From NCBI GenBank assembly GCA_963752255.1, contig CAVVXT010000019.1, positions 160,001 to 224,000 on the forward strand: a stretch of 64,000 bases of DNA, written 5' to 3'. A program made the translations under genes and the position numbers. Position 1 is the first letter of the stretch. Every line of letters starts with the position of its first letter. This DNA comes from Nitrososphaeria archaeon. Its GTDB lineage: Archaea; Thermoproteota; Nitrososphaeria; JACIWG01. Shown piece by piece: positions 48,312 through 58,476 of this stretch. The notes under the pieces are model-generated. The model did not search any database, was not told where the DNA came from, and saw only the letters and a program-made list of their open reading frames with translations.

Positions 48312-48527
48312 CTACTTAGATAGATAGGACCACAGAACTATTGTAATATCCATTATTATCGCCCCTGCAAGGCCTGCTAGAAAGGCACCGGCCACCTCCT
48401 GCGAGACGAAGATCGAAGGTAAAATAGACATCAAAAATGAAACAATACTGGGGGCCACAAGGAAGGCGATAAATCCTACCGCGAACCCTAGAAGAGAGAA
48501 TCCGGTTATTATTGTAATTCTTCCCAT
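48312..48527 (-). CDS. Small 2-TM membrane protein
   Basis: 71 aa with two hydrophobic helices; GGTG SD-like element upstream. Confidence 0.65.
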   Translation of the reverse strand: MGRITIITGFSLLGFAVGFIAFLVAPSIVSFLMSILPSIFVSQEVAGAFLAGLAGAIIMDITIVLWSYLSK

Positions 48528-48604
48528 TCATTACACCTGAGAGTGTAGCACAAAGTCCCGTATATAAAAGTTTATTAAAAAAAGAGAATGTGAAGGCTCC
48601 TATT

Positions 48605-50781
48605 TTAGGATAACCTTCTTATCAGTATAGCTATTTCGATTACTAATACTATTGCTGCGAGTATGCCGATTATGATCAAGTATGTCGATAGGCTGTCCAC
48701 TTCTGTTTTAATGCTGCTAGTTGTCGACGCTGGCTCGATATTGCAGATGTAATGCTGTTCGCGCTGCTTGTCACCTGCGTGCTCAAACTGTCTATCTTGC
48801 TTCCTATGCCTGTTATCTGAGTACCAAGCGTTGATCCCAAGCTGTCTATCTTGGATGAAATACCTGAAAGGCCTGAAACACCTGAATTAAGTGTTCCAAT
48901 GGCGTTGTTTACGCTGCTGAACCCGCTTGTTGTAGTGCTAGAAAGTGATGAGACACTACTCGATACGCCTGCGATATCAGATCTGATGTTGGACACACCA
49001 GTTGTCAGAGCAGTGTTAAGGCTAGTTATTGAAGTGGTTATAGAAGACATAGAGGTCTGAAGTTGATTAAGTGAAGTGGTTATTGCATTGTTGTTAGTAG
49101 TCATTTGGTTTAGAATCGCCTGAGTGTCGGCTGAATTACCTGTGACAGTGAAGAGGAGATAGGTAGGAGTTAAGCTACCGCCCGCGTACATCGAGAAGAC
49201 ATGTAGGCCAGAGGTGAATCCTGCGGCTACAAACTGAAGCTTACCATCACCTGTGCCATTTCCTATGACGCCGGATGGTACGTTAGTAGTAATGTTCATA
49301 CCGTTTTGACCGAGGTATTGGTTGTCTATGTCGGGTATGTAGCCTACAACTGGGTTGAAACCAGTACCGGTTACCGTCACCAGAGAGCCGTCATTTGAGA
49401 ACGAAGACGAGGAAATCGCTATTTTCGGCGTCACCGTGAATACAGCATTCGTAATATTGTATCCATTCACACTGGAATTTGTAGTCCCCAAGTAGTTAGT
49501 AAGGGCTTCTACGGCATGTCCACCGCCGTACGTGTGTGGAACCGTGAACTTGACGCTTACGTTAAATTGGCCGTCTGATCCCGTAGTCGCGTTGTTCGTC
49601 CAATAGTATGTGTCGTCGCCATACGTCTTTTCGAACCAGTATAGGTATACATGTATCTTTGTTGGGAAACCGTAAGCTTGCGCGCTCACTTGGGTGCCGA
49701 TGGGTCCGCTGCTTGGAGTCAGTACCAGTGTAGGCAGCACTGTAATGTTGAACTGTAAGTTTACATTCTTATCCTTGATTATGACGTAGTGATTGCCGAC
49801 TGATGTGATCGGAATTGTTACGCTCGTATTGTAGAATCCTGATGAATTTGTATTAACTGTCCCGATGTTTTTTGAGCCATCCCACCAGAAGGTTAATCCT
49901 CCTACGTAGAAGTAGTTACCCGAAACTATCATGGAGTCGAAGACGTGGGCGTTTACCACATTGATGAAGCTTGTCATGTTACCATACATGTCACCTGAGA
50001 CTGGGTACTTGCTATCGACTTGGAGAAGACCTCTAACGCCTTCTGTATAGTTGGCATTAGCTATATAACCTGTTTTGTTGTCTATGCCGTAAAAGTGTAT
50101 TGTATTGAACGTTATCAGATGTTGTCCAGAGGATAGTGCTTGCTTCAAATCAGGAGCTTTCATTATGTACGAGAATTGCCCTATACTACCTGTTGATATG
50201 AGGTTTGCGATGGTAGTGCTCGTAAGGTTGACTGTGCTAGTGTAGGTTAGATTCGCTTTTGCGCTTGGACTAAAGGCATGGCCTTTTAGCGTAATTGAAG
50301 TGCCGGGACCTCCAGTGCTTGGAACGACTTCTAAGCTTGGAAGTACTTGGATATAGTTGTTTGTAACTGCAACAGAGGTTGCGCTACCGTCATAACATTT
50401 GATATAGTAGTGTCCTCCACCTATGTCCTTTGGTATTGGACCGAAGATCTTGTCGTTACCTACTGTATAATTGCCTAACGTCGATGTATAAATCGTTGGC
50501 GTAGTTGAAACCAAGTCCGCAATGGCGAAGGTTGGAGAGTATTTGAAGTCACCTGCAGATATCTGTGAAAAGCCGTCCGCGCTCCATACAAGGTAGAATT
50601 GGCCACCGGAGAAACCTACTCCGGTAAAGCTAAGTGAAACATTGCCTCCTGCTGGAATATATTGTGAGGGCCCGAAGATTATAAATCCCGTCGATGCCCT
50701 TGCTGCTAAGAATGGTAAGGATGGTGTTAGTGCCGTAGCGAGTAATAGTGCTAGTACTATAGTTGACTTTATTTTATTCAT
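48605..50781 (-). CDS. Large cell-surface (SlaB-like) glycoprotein: signal peptide, Ig/IPT-like repeats, coiled-coil stalk and C-terminal TM anchor; frameshift near 48731
   Basis: Repeated P..G..GT..T..G.GF units, many NxS/T sequons and a Ser/Thr heptad stalk. The alternative frame ends STYLIIIGILAAIVLVIEIAILIRRLS* at 48605. Confidence 0.75.
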
Positions 50782-51517
50782 TTATTTCTTACACCTTATT
50801 CGTGATGTTTGAGGCTAATTTAGCCTTATTAAAGGATTACGGATGATTCGTCTACTTGACAACTAAGCTTCAAAGTCGCGAGTTAAAACCTCTATATACC
50901 GCAGACAAACCTTTTGGACCCTTTACAAGCCAAAGCGCTAACAGAAAGCGTGCTCTTAGAAAACTGAGCGTAGCGCCAAAGAATTTTATCGCATGGAAAT
51001 ATTGTTTTGGATTCTTGGGTGCTAGGATCCATGAACTTTAATTCTTTCAACAATGCTAATCCAGACGGAGCCGGAGCTTCAGCAAAGAGTTTGTCCTATT
51101 TCAAGTGTAGAACATCATCTTAGATGGTACGGAGTTAATTCTATAGGGCATCAGAATCTGGAACCTGATGCCACCTGGCTTCTTTATACATTATTGGTGG
51201 AGATTAGCGGGTAACCCCAACCTTTTTTTATTATATTGTATTATATTTCTCATACGGTTTATATTATATTGCTGAGAGCCATCCCCTATTCCGACAAGAG
51301 TCCTTTCAGAATTTCTTACCACCCAAGATTATACTTGTGAGGCACGATATCTAACGAATAGGCTTACATGGACTTAGTCTTCAAGTTGAGCTGAGCACAA
51401 TGAGATATATTTCAAACGAATTCGACGGCAGCATGGAAGAGCTGGTTAGATTTCTTTTTTGGTTTTTTTAAACCGTTTTGTTTATATTTTACCCTTTATT
51501 ATAGTAAAGCGGTTAAT

Positions 51518-51976
51518 ATGAAAAGGTTAGATGAGCTTGATTTAAAAATTTTAGATGAACTTAATGAAAATGCCGGATCCTCTATCCCCAAGCTTTCCAA
51601 GAAACTTGGAGTAAAGCAGTCTAAGGTGTACAGCAGGGTGAAGAGGCTTATGAGGAAAGGTGTCATACAGCGGATGACGATAGAAGTGAACGATGAGAGC
51701 CTAGGTTTCAACGTAAAAGCCTTTGTCGGAATTAACGTCGAGTCGTTGGAAAGAGATAAGGCCGCTGAGGAAATCGCAAAGATATCAGAGGTCATTCTCG
51801 TCTCGGAGGTGACAGGTAGGTTTGATATGCTAATAGAGGTGCACGTTAGGAGCCTAGAAGACCTGTACAGCGTTGTGTCAAAGAAGATAGCCATTTTGCC
51901 AGGTGTCAGTCACACCGAGACCTTTATCCAGCTTAAAAAAAGGAGCACTCTAAGGAAATTCACCATGATCAAATAG
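51518..51976 (+). CDS. Lrp/AsnC-family transcriptional regulator
   Basis: LDELDLKIL..L..NA HTH, RVKRL..KGVI and VTGRFD RAM domain. Confidence 0.92.
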   Translation: MKRLDELDLKILDELNENAGSSIPKLSKKLGVKQSKVYSRVKRLMRKGVIQRMTIEVNDESLGFNVKAFVGINVESLERDKAAEEIAKISEVILVSEVTGRFDMLIEVHVRSLEDLYSVVSKKIAILPGVSHTETFIQLKKRSTLRKFTMIK

Positions 51977-52088
51977 TAAGATTAAAGATCATTGAGGGTT
52001 CGATGAGATAGTAAAGGAGATTAGGAACTCACGACACCTTTTATATAATTTTATAGACGTGTCCCCTTATAGTGCTTGATGGAAGCAG

Positions 52089-52772
52089 ATGAATAGGCTG
52101 TTCAGGTTCGAGGACCCTAAGATAAGGGAATTGTTTGACGGCAGATTTCTTAAATCCATTTACAAAAGGGTTGAGGTCCTTGACTCCTGCGTCAAAGAAG
52201 TCGAAGCAAGTGCCAACCTGAAGTATCCAGATTACTATGTCGAGCCTATTCTTCCAATATATACGGGAAGCTCTAACGGAATAGCTGTTTACTATGCTAG
52301 AACCCTTCCCTATTCGACCCCTTCAGGCTTAGATATTGTCATCCAGTTGACCGCAGCGTTAATAAGCTATGGCTCAAAGAGTTCTCTTAAAACGGTTCTA
52401 GCCCACGAATTCCTCCATTACCTCGACTTGGTCAGAAGAATGTCGAAATTCGAAATCTTATCAGATGAAATCAGGACTAGCACATTCGAAGCGATGTATT
52501 CTGACCTCGAGAGAACTATTAAACCAGAGTACGTTTACTCTGATAAAAATCTTATTAGAAGTATTAAGAAAAAATTTGTCGAAGGTTTCGAAGACAAAAG
52601 TTTGAAGGAGAAGACCTTAGACCGCTGGATAAATAAACGAAAACCGGTTGTAGAACTTCCTCCAGAGGAGAACATAGTTAGAATACCGGTTAATATGGTA
52701 CTAACCATCAAGTTTGATCCGATACTACTTTTAAGAATCCGTGATTTAGAGAAGAAATCCGGTTTAGTGTGA
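52089..52772 (+). CDS. Conserved hypothetical protein with HExxH motif
   Basis: LAHEFLHYL zincin-like motif; its stop overlaps the start of the next gene. Confidence 0.7.
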   Translation: MNRLFRFEDPKIRELFDGRFLKSIYKRVEVLDSCVKEVEASANLKYPDYYVEPILPIYTGSSNGIAVYYARTLPYSTPSGLDIVIQLTAALISYGSKSSLKTVLAHEFLHYLDLVRRMSKFEILSDEIRTSTFEAMYSDLERTIKPEYVYSDKNLIRSIKKKFVEGFEDKSLKEKTLDRWINKRKPVVELPPEENIVRIPVNMVLTIKFDPILLLRIRDLEKKSGLV

Positions 52773-54418
52773 ATTACATGAGCACTTTGAGCACGGTTAA
52801 AAAAGAAATTTTGGGAACCCTTTATAGAGAGTATGGAGAGGAGAATGTGCTTGCTTCATGTATCTATGGATCATTTGCAGCGGGATACGCAAGAGCGGAC
52901 AGTGACTATGATGTAATAGTTGTGCTCAAAAATTACCTGCCTAAGATAGGATACAAGTATGTTAAGGAACCATTAGTATGCTCGATCCTCGCAATAGAGG
53001 AGCAGATGATTCTTGAAGACGCCAAAAAGTCCGGCCTAGGGGAATTTGTAGCAGGAAGGTTCCTTAACATATACGAGCCCCTTGCAGGAGAAGACCTTTT
53101 AAGAGAAATAGATGTAGAATACAAGAAAAGGACATTAATAGAAATCTTGATGGAATTCAACGGCAAATATCAACCTATAGTTGGAACAATCAGATTCCCT
53201 ATCGAATATTTTCTCTTTGAGAAGTTAAGAAGAAGAGCTCTCTTCTATCCCCCGGCTCTTTACAGTTACTCCAGAACATACAGCGAACCTAATCGGAAAA
53301 GAAACCTTGAATTCACTTTATCCGGGTTCAGAGAAGCCGCCGTAGAAATTGCCAGCGAAAATAAGAGCGTGTGCTTTAACGAAGACAGACTTTGGATAGC
53401 TGATGTTAAAACATTTAGCAAGATTGGTAAGCTAGAAGCCGTCGTCGAAGAAACAAGACGGGACATCACATCATACGCTACACACCTCTATGCGGGAAGG
53501 GTGGGGCTAAACATAATACTTGATGAGCTCAAATCCAAGATAAAAAGACAGATGAAGCTTGAGCCCTTAGAAGATCTTAAACATACGTCAAAATACTTGG
53601 AGCTTCCAGAAGGAAGCCTTATAGTCAATGAAAAACACTGGAGGGCTAAGATAGCAGAATATTTATGTATTTCAGGAGGTTACACCTGCAAATCACAAAA
53701 TTTAGGTAGTGACGAGCTGCACAAAATAGTTAACGTAGCAAGAAAGTTGGTGTTCGAGAAGGATGGGGTGAGATATGAAGTAATCGTTAAAAAGTTTAAG
53801 GACCCACGGAACATAAAATGGGCGATTCTGGCGCTGGTTACGCTAATGGATAGACGCTTTGAATTTGTACCTTTAAAGAGACTAGCTAACGAGTATCTTA
53901 TGAATTTAGCTTTCCAGGAAGCAGGCTTTAATACACCCAAAGTTTACCTCTTAGATCTTGACAGATTACAGCTTATCACAGAATACATCGAAGGAGAAAA
54001 TTTGGGCAGTGTTCTCCAAAAAGAAGAAAGGGTGAAGGTTATGGAACAGGTTGGGGAAGAAATCGGTAAAATACACGAGAAAGGATTTACTCTCGGTGAC
54101 GCTAAACCGGATAACATAATATGTACAAAGCGGGGTCTTTTTATAACAGACCTTGAGCAGGCCAAAATTGGTGGGGACAGGACATGGGATATAGCAGAAT
54201 TCCTAAACTACGCCCTATCGTTCTCATTTGATAGAGAAAAAGCGAAGGTCATGGCATGCTCCTTCGCTAGAGGCTACATCAAATTTGGCGATGTTAAAAT
54301 TCTTGAAAAGATTAAGGAACCAAAATATAACCTAATCTTTAGGCCTATAGTTGCACCGAACGTTTCCAAAATGATAGATTCAGGCATTGAAGAAGTAATA
54401 GGGGAATTTAAGCTTTAA
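52769..54418 (+). CDS. Fusion of a Pol-beta-type nucleotidyltransferase domain and a RIO/Bud32-like kinase domain
   Basis: N-terminal [14 protein letters not shown]; C-terminal VKKF, NEY, TPK, EYIEG, IH....LGDAKPDN and TDLEQ. Confidence 0.75.
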   Translation: MNYMSTLSTVKKEILGTLYREYGEENVLASCIYGSFAAGYARADSDYDVIVVLKNYLPKIGYKYVKEPLVCSILAIEEQMILEDAKKSGLGEFVAGRFLNIYEPLAGEDLLREIDVEYKKRTLIEILMEFNGKYQPIVGTIRFPIEYFLFEKLRRRALFYPPALYSYSRTYSEPNRKRNLEFTLSGFREAAVEIASENKSVCFNEDRLWIADVKTFSKIGKLEAVVEETRRDITSYATHLYAGRVGLNIILDELKSKIKRQMKLEPLEDLKHTSKYLELPEGSLIVNEKHWRAKIAEYLCISGGYTCKSQNLGSDELHKIVNVARKLVFEKDGVRYEVIVKKFKDPRNIKWAILALVTLMDRRFEFVPLKRLANEYLMNLAFQEAGFNTPKVYLLDLDRLQLITEYIEGENLGSVLQKEERVKVMEQVGEEIGKIHEKGFTLGDAKPDNIICTKRGLFITDLEQAKIGGDRTWDIAEFLNYALSFSFDREKAKVMACSFARGYIKFGDVKILEKIKEPKYNLIFRPIVAPNVSKMIDSGIEEVIGEFKL

Positions 54419-54587
54419 ACTTTGTGTAACCACATCTTCCACATGTGAACCTATCTTTGTGCTCGGCCAAGAAAACACCGTGTCCACATTTTGGACAATC
54501 TGTTCTTTTAGATGTAATCTTACCTTCCTCAACCTTGTATAGCTTCCAGACACCATTTGAACGCTTGTCTGGACTCTTTTTGCTCAC
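54408..54587 (-). CDS. rps27ae: 30S ribosomal protein S27ae
   Basis: Manual translation ...[46 protein letters not shown]. Confidence 0.93.
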   Translation of the reverse strand: MSKKSPDKRSNGVWKLYKVEEGKITSKRTDCPKCGHGVFLAEHKDRFTCGRCGYTKFKA

Positions 54588-54589
54588 GG

Positions 54590-54949
54590 TTACTTACCTC
54601 CTTTCGCGGCAGCCTGTTTCTTCTCAGACTTCTTGCTAGCACGTCCTTTGTTGATCTTGTCACGTTCCTCTTTGCTTAGCATTCGAACAAAAAAATGTTT
54701 TGGAAGCTGTTTCTTCGCATCATCCAGATTCTTATAGATAAAAGCGTGAACGACTGCGTCGCGATTACCAGATGAAGTCTGAATATTAACAGGAAATACG
54801 AACTTTTCTTCGACACCAAACTCTTTTGCTAGCATTTCAGAAGCTTTTTTCCTGCTCAGCGTTGAAGCTGCATCCTTAACTACTGCTGATACTTCAGTGC
54901 GTCCCAGAAGAGGGTTTTCAATTTTGCTGATTAGTCCTAGTTCAGACAT
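54590..54949 (-). CDS. rps24e: 30S ribosomal protein S24e
   Basis: [13 protein letters not shown] and IY motifs; conserved position before rps27ae. Confidence 0.85.
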   Translation of the reverse strand: MSELGLISKIENPLLGRTEVSAVVKDAASTLSRKKASEMLAKEFGVEEKFVFPVNIQTSSGNRDAVVHAFIYKNLDDAKKQLPKHFFVRMLSKEERDKINKGRASKKSEKKQAAAKGGK

Positions 54950-54994
54950 AATCGTCTGACAGGAGGGTTGCAACAGGAGGTAAATTAAGCTTTT

Positions 54995-55513
54995 TTACGG
55001 CGTGTCAAGCTTGATCATTAAGTCAAAGATTTCCTGGCAATATGATTTAATGTTGTTTTCGACTTTGACCAAGACCAAGCCTTCCTGAGGCTGCCCATAG
55101 AATACGCAAGAATTCGCAGGAGACGCTATTATGGCTACAAGAGCTAACAAGTCTTCCTCGCCATCAATAATTAAACGAACAGGCTTCGTTGAAGAAAGAG
55201 CTTTAGTAAAGGCGCTGATACTTTCCTGAGAGATTGTACCACGGGGATTCTTCACATTTAACGTAGTCAAGTGGGCTGCTTTAGGCAGTGCGCGTGCGAC
55301 CCTTCTTTCCCTTGAGTCGACGATCTGAATATCAGGAGTTACGTTTATTGATAAAAGAAAGTCTAAAGTAGCGTCTCCGACAGAAACGATAAGCCCACAC
55401 TCTGGAAGATTTAACGCAACCGCTGAAGCCTTATTGTCATCGTTTTGGATAAGTCTACCTAAGGGTGCCTTCAGTTTCTTAGAAATTTCTTCTGTTAGGA
55501 GCCAAATGAGCAC
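54995..55513 (-). CDS. GTP-dependent dephospho-CoA kinase (DUF359)
   Basis: LK.PLG, VGD.T, NP.G.I, IDGEEDLLAL and YGQP.EG motifs. Confidence 0.88.
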   Translation of the reverse strand: MLIWLLTEEISKKLKAPLGRLIQNDDNKASAVALNLPECGLIVSVGDATLDFLLSINVTPDIQIVDSRERRVARALPKAAHLTTLNVKNPRGTISQESISAFTKALSSTKPVRLIIDGEEDLLALVAIIASPANSCVFYGQPQEGLVLVKVENNIKSYCQEIFDLMIKLDTP

Positions 55514-55515
55514 AA

Positions 55516-55704
55516 TTAACTCACTTCTATAGCGTACCTGCCTTTAGCCTTAAGATTCAGCATTTGTGCGACTTTAGATTTTTCGGGATCCAGTACTATA
55601 ATCAGCCCTGACCACCTAGAAGAAAGATCGGTGGAATTGCACACGGGACAAATTTTACCTGATGTTAACGCCTTACATTTTCTACAAGCAAATTCTTTTG
55701 GCAT
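55516..55704 (-). CDS. spt4: Transcription elongation factor Spt4 (RpoE'')
   Basis: ACRKC...CPVC...S..WSG......PEKS..A.......G.YA. Confidence 0.93.
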   Translation of the reverse strand: MPKEFACRKCKALTSGKICPVCNSTDLSSRWSGLIIVLDPEKSKVAQMLNLKAKGRYAIEVS

Positions 55705-55708
55705 CTGT

Positions 55709-56272
55709 TCACACTTCTGTCTTTGCCGCCTTCTTTACGTCATCTTCAATCCATTCTAGAGCACCAAGATACTGCTGTCTACAGGTAATGCCTATCTTAC
55801 CTATTGACTCTCCGCGCGCCAAACTTATTGCGGTAATTCTTGCGCGGATTTTTGAGCCAACCTTCAGAACGCGCTTAGTTTGGGAAGCTGTTATTACACC
55901 TCTTTTGGTGTCGCTTGTCACGTAATCGTCTATTATCTGAGATATGTGTAAAAGAGAATCCGTAGGACCGATCCTGACAAAGGCGCCAAAGTCTGTAACT
56001 TCAACAACTTCACCTTCTACAACTTCTTGAATCTTAGGGTAGAATGTTAAAACATTGAACATAACGTGATGGAAAGATGCGCCATCACCTGGGACGACCT
56101 TCCCAACTAGGTCAGGTTTAACATCGCTGAGCCAGATTATGTATCCAAGCTCAGGGATAATCATACTTTCATACTTCTTCTTTAGGATATCTTGCGTAAT
56201 CTCCTTTAGCTCCCTGCCGAACTGGTCAGGTGGTATCCTCACAACATCTTGGAGCTCAACTTTCATGAACAA
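55709..56272 (-). CDS. rpoE1: DNA-directed RNA polymerase subunit E' (Rpo7)
   Basis: VRIPP..FG, GDGA, EVVEGEV..V..FGAFV.IGP, HISQI.DD and LG.LEWI. Confidence 0.95.
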   Translation of the reverse strand: MFMKVELQDVVRIPPDQFGRELKEITQDILKKKYESMIIPELGYIIWLSDVKPDLVGKVVPGDGASFHHVMFNVLTFYPKIQEVVEGEVVEVTDFGAFVRIGPTDSLLHISQIIDDYVTSDTKRGVITASQTKRVLKVGSKIRARITAISLARGESIGKIGITCRQQYLGALEWIEDDVKKAAKTEV

Positions 56273-56359
56273 TTCTTGATCACCTAAATCTGACGCCCAC
56301 GCACCACATCATAGAATATGTTATTAATTTTTCCAAATTTTCACTCAAAAAGCTATACT

Positions 56360-56740
56360 TTAGCATAAGATTAACTTATCATTAGAGAGGGTTACGCATT
56401 TAAGGTTTTCCCTCATAAGCCTTTTTTTTAGACCATAGTCCAAGGTCGCTATAAACGTGCTTTCTTTACCTCTCGCGTAAGAAATTATTTTATCATCTAC
56501 CGAGCCTTCTTTAGAGACTTCGATAACCTTCATATGAGATTTGACGATCTCAAGTGATAAGGCTGCGATCTTAGATTTCTTAACATGTTTAGAGTGTGAA
56601 ATACGAATAAGTTCGTCTATAACGCAAGAAGGGACTTCTAAGACGGCAGGGCTCAAGACCTTGTAAACACTCTCTATAATATTGGATGGTTTTTCTACCA
56701 GCATCATAAGAAAGTTGGTATCTAAAACAACTTCATTCAA
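56360..56740 (-). CDS. PIN-domain protein (Fcf1/Utp24-like)
   Basis: VLDTNFL, V.DEL, VDD.I and ATLD..L motifs; conserved position after aIF2-gamma. Confidence 0.85.
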   Translation of the reverse strand: MNEVVLDTNFLMMLVEKPSNIIESVYKVLSPAVLEVPSCVIDELIRISHSKHVKKSKIAALSLEIVKSHMKVIEVSKEGSVDDKIISYARGKESTFIATLDYGLKKRLMRENLKCVTLSNDKLILC

Positions 56741-56750
56741 TCCATCCAGC

Positions 56751-57980
56751 CTACTGAATTATGCCTGAACCTATAAGCCGCCACCTATCACCGATTTTTC
56801 TGGCGATGGCTACACGAACTCCGGGTTGAGCTGCTACAGGGCGGCGAAGCTTAATTTCAACCCTGTCGGATAACGAAGACGACACCACACCCACTGTAAC
56901 AGCCGTCCAGACATTAAGCCTAAGAACCTCATTATTTGAGACCTTTTCCACTGGAACATCTTCGGTAAGACCAACAACCTTCTTGAAGAGATTTAACTTG
57001 AGAGAAAAAGAATCGTACACTGGAGGAATGCTATCAACAGAGCTAACAACTGACCCTACAAGAGAATCGCTCTTTGTCAAAGACGGATCAAGATGCGTTC
57101 CTAGTGCGACTAGACCACCACTCGTAACATAGTCCACAATCCCCGCGCTTGTGCTCAATGACGATATTGTAGTGTTCAATTGAATATACTTGTTCTTCTC
57201 CTTATCTAGGATTCCTGGAAGTATGGCAATTTCATCGCTGGTTTTGAACCTTCCTTGAATAAGTGAGCCGCCTAAGACGCCGCCTTTAAGATCCATGAAA
57301 TCAACGCCGGGCCTGTTTACATCGAAGGAGCGAAGAACCTGCATAAGGGAGGAGGCGTTGACATCCTTCTTTGGCGTGGGAATATTCTTTTCCATGGCTT
57401 CAATTAAGGCGTCAATATTCAGCTTGTACGCTGCGGATACAGGAATTATCGGAGCATTCTCAGCAATAGTTCCTTTCACGAAATTCCTTATCGCTTTATA
57501 ATTGTCCTTGGCTTCAGAGTCAGTTAAAAGATCCACCTTATTTTGTACGATCACAATATTCTTCTTTCCTAACATGTCTAGAGCTGCCAAATGTTCTGCT
57601 GTCTGAGGCTGTGGAACCTTTTCGTTAGCAGCTATCACAAGAAGAGAACCATCCATTAACGCAGCACCGGAAAGCATGTTAGCCATAAGGCTTTCGTGGC
57701 CAGGGCAGTCAACAAAACTTATTACTCTAGCAAGCTCTGCTTCAGAATTACATACCGGACAGACCGGGGCAATGTTATAGTTTGCTGGAGGTTTACATTT
57801 AGGACAACGATAGATCGCCGCATCAGCATACCCTACTCGTATTGTGATCCCGCGCTTTAACTCTTCACTATGAGTACTGGCCCACTTGCCGGTTAAAGCT
57901 TGCACCAAGGTTGTTTTACCGTGGTCGACATGCCCAGCGGTACCAATATTAACTTCAGGTTGCCGTGGGATCTTGTACAA
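56751..57980 (-). CDS. eif2g: Translation initiation factor aIF2 gamma
   Basis: QPEVNIG.AGHVDHGKTT, RGITI, DCPGHE, QNKVD, RSFDVN.PG and WRLIG. Confidence 0.96.
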   Translation of the reverse strand: MYKIPRQPEVNIGTAGHVDHGKTTLVQALTGKWASTHSEELKRGITIRVGYADAAIYRCPKCKPPANYNIAPVCPVCNSEAELARVISFVDCPGHESLMANMLSGAALMDGSLLVIAANEKVPQPQTAEHLAALDMLGKKNIVIVQNKVDLLTDSEAKDNYKAIRNFVKGTIAENAPIIPVSAAYKLNIDALIEAMEKNIPTPKKDVNASSLMQVLRSFDVNRPGVDFMDLKGGVLGGSLIQGRFKTSDEIAILPGILDKEKNKYIQLNTTISSLSTSAGIVDYVTSGGLVALGTHLDPSLTKSDSLVGSVVSSVDSIPPVYDSFSLKLNLFKKVVGLTEDVPVEKVSNNEVLRLNVWTAVTVGVVSSSLSDRVEIKLRRPVAAQPGVRVAIARKIGDRWRLIGSGIIQ

Positions 57981-58012
57981 TGAATTCCACCCTAACTCTC
58001 TACTGCAGTGTC

Positions 58013-58417
58013 CTATGTTTTAGGTTCTTCCTTTTTAGGTTCTTCCTTTTTAGGTTCTTCCTTTTTAGGTTCTTCCTTTGATATGAGTAAGGCGTTTATC
58101 TGATAAATATCTTCGGTAATCGTGTTCCCTCTAACTAGCTTTCTTCTCCTTTCACCTTTCCTAGCATTCCTTAACCCTACACTCTTTGTAAGGAGTGCGT
58201 ATTTCTTTATACCCCCTGGTATATCATATCGCATGGGGAAGCCAGCTTTGTCAGAGCCGCCTGTTATCTTTATTTCTCCTTCCACACCCAATATCGAGCC
58301 ACTAACTACATCATTTATTTTTAAGCCGATGAAGGCTGCGGCTTGTCTATCCTTAACTTCGTAGACAGTAGACTTTCCTAATTTAACATCAGAAAGCACT
58401 ATCTTGTAATTGGCCAA
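58013..58417 (-). CDS. rps6e: 30S ribosomal protein S6e
   Basis: ITGGSDKAGFPM and GERRRKLVRGN motifs. Confidence 0.95.
   Translation of the reverse strand: MANYKIVLSDVKLGKSTVYEVKDRQAAAFIGLKINDVVSGSILGVEGEIKITGGSDKAGFPMRYDIPGGIKKYALLTKSVGLRNARKGERRRKLVRGNTITEDIYQINALLISKEEPKKEEPKKEEPKKEEPKT
58018..58079. repeat. 15-bp tandem repeat x4 encoding KEEPK repeats at the S6e C-terminus
   Basis: Unit TTTTAGGTTCTTCCT repeated four times. Confidence 0.9.
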
Positions 58418-58476
58418 TTTTGTCGCTCACTGCACAAAGCAGAACAGAGCTATGTTATAAATTTAAGAAAACGAAG

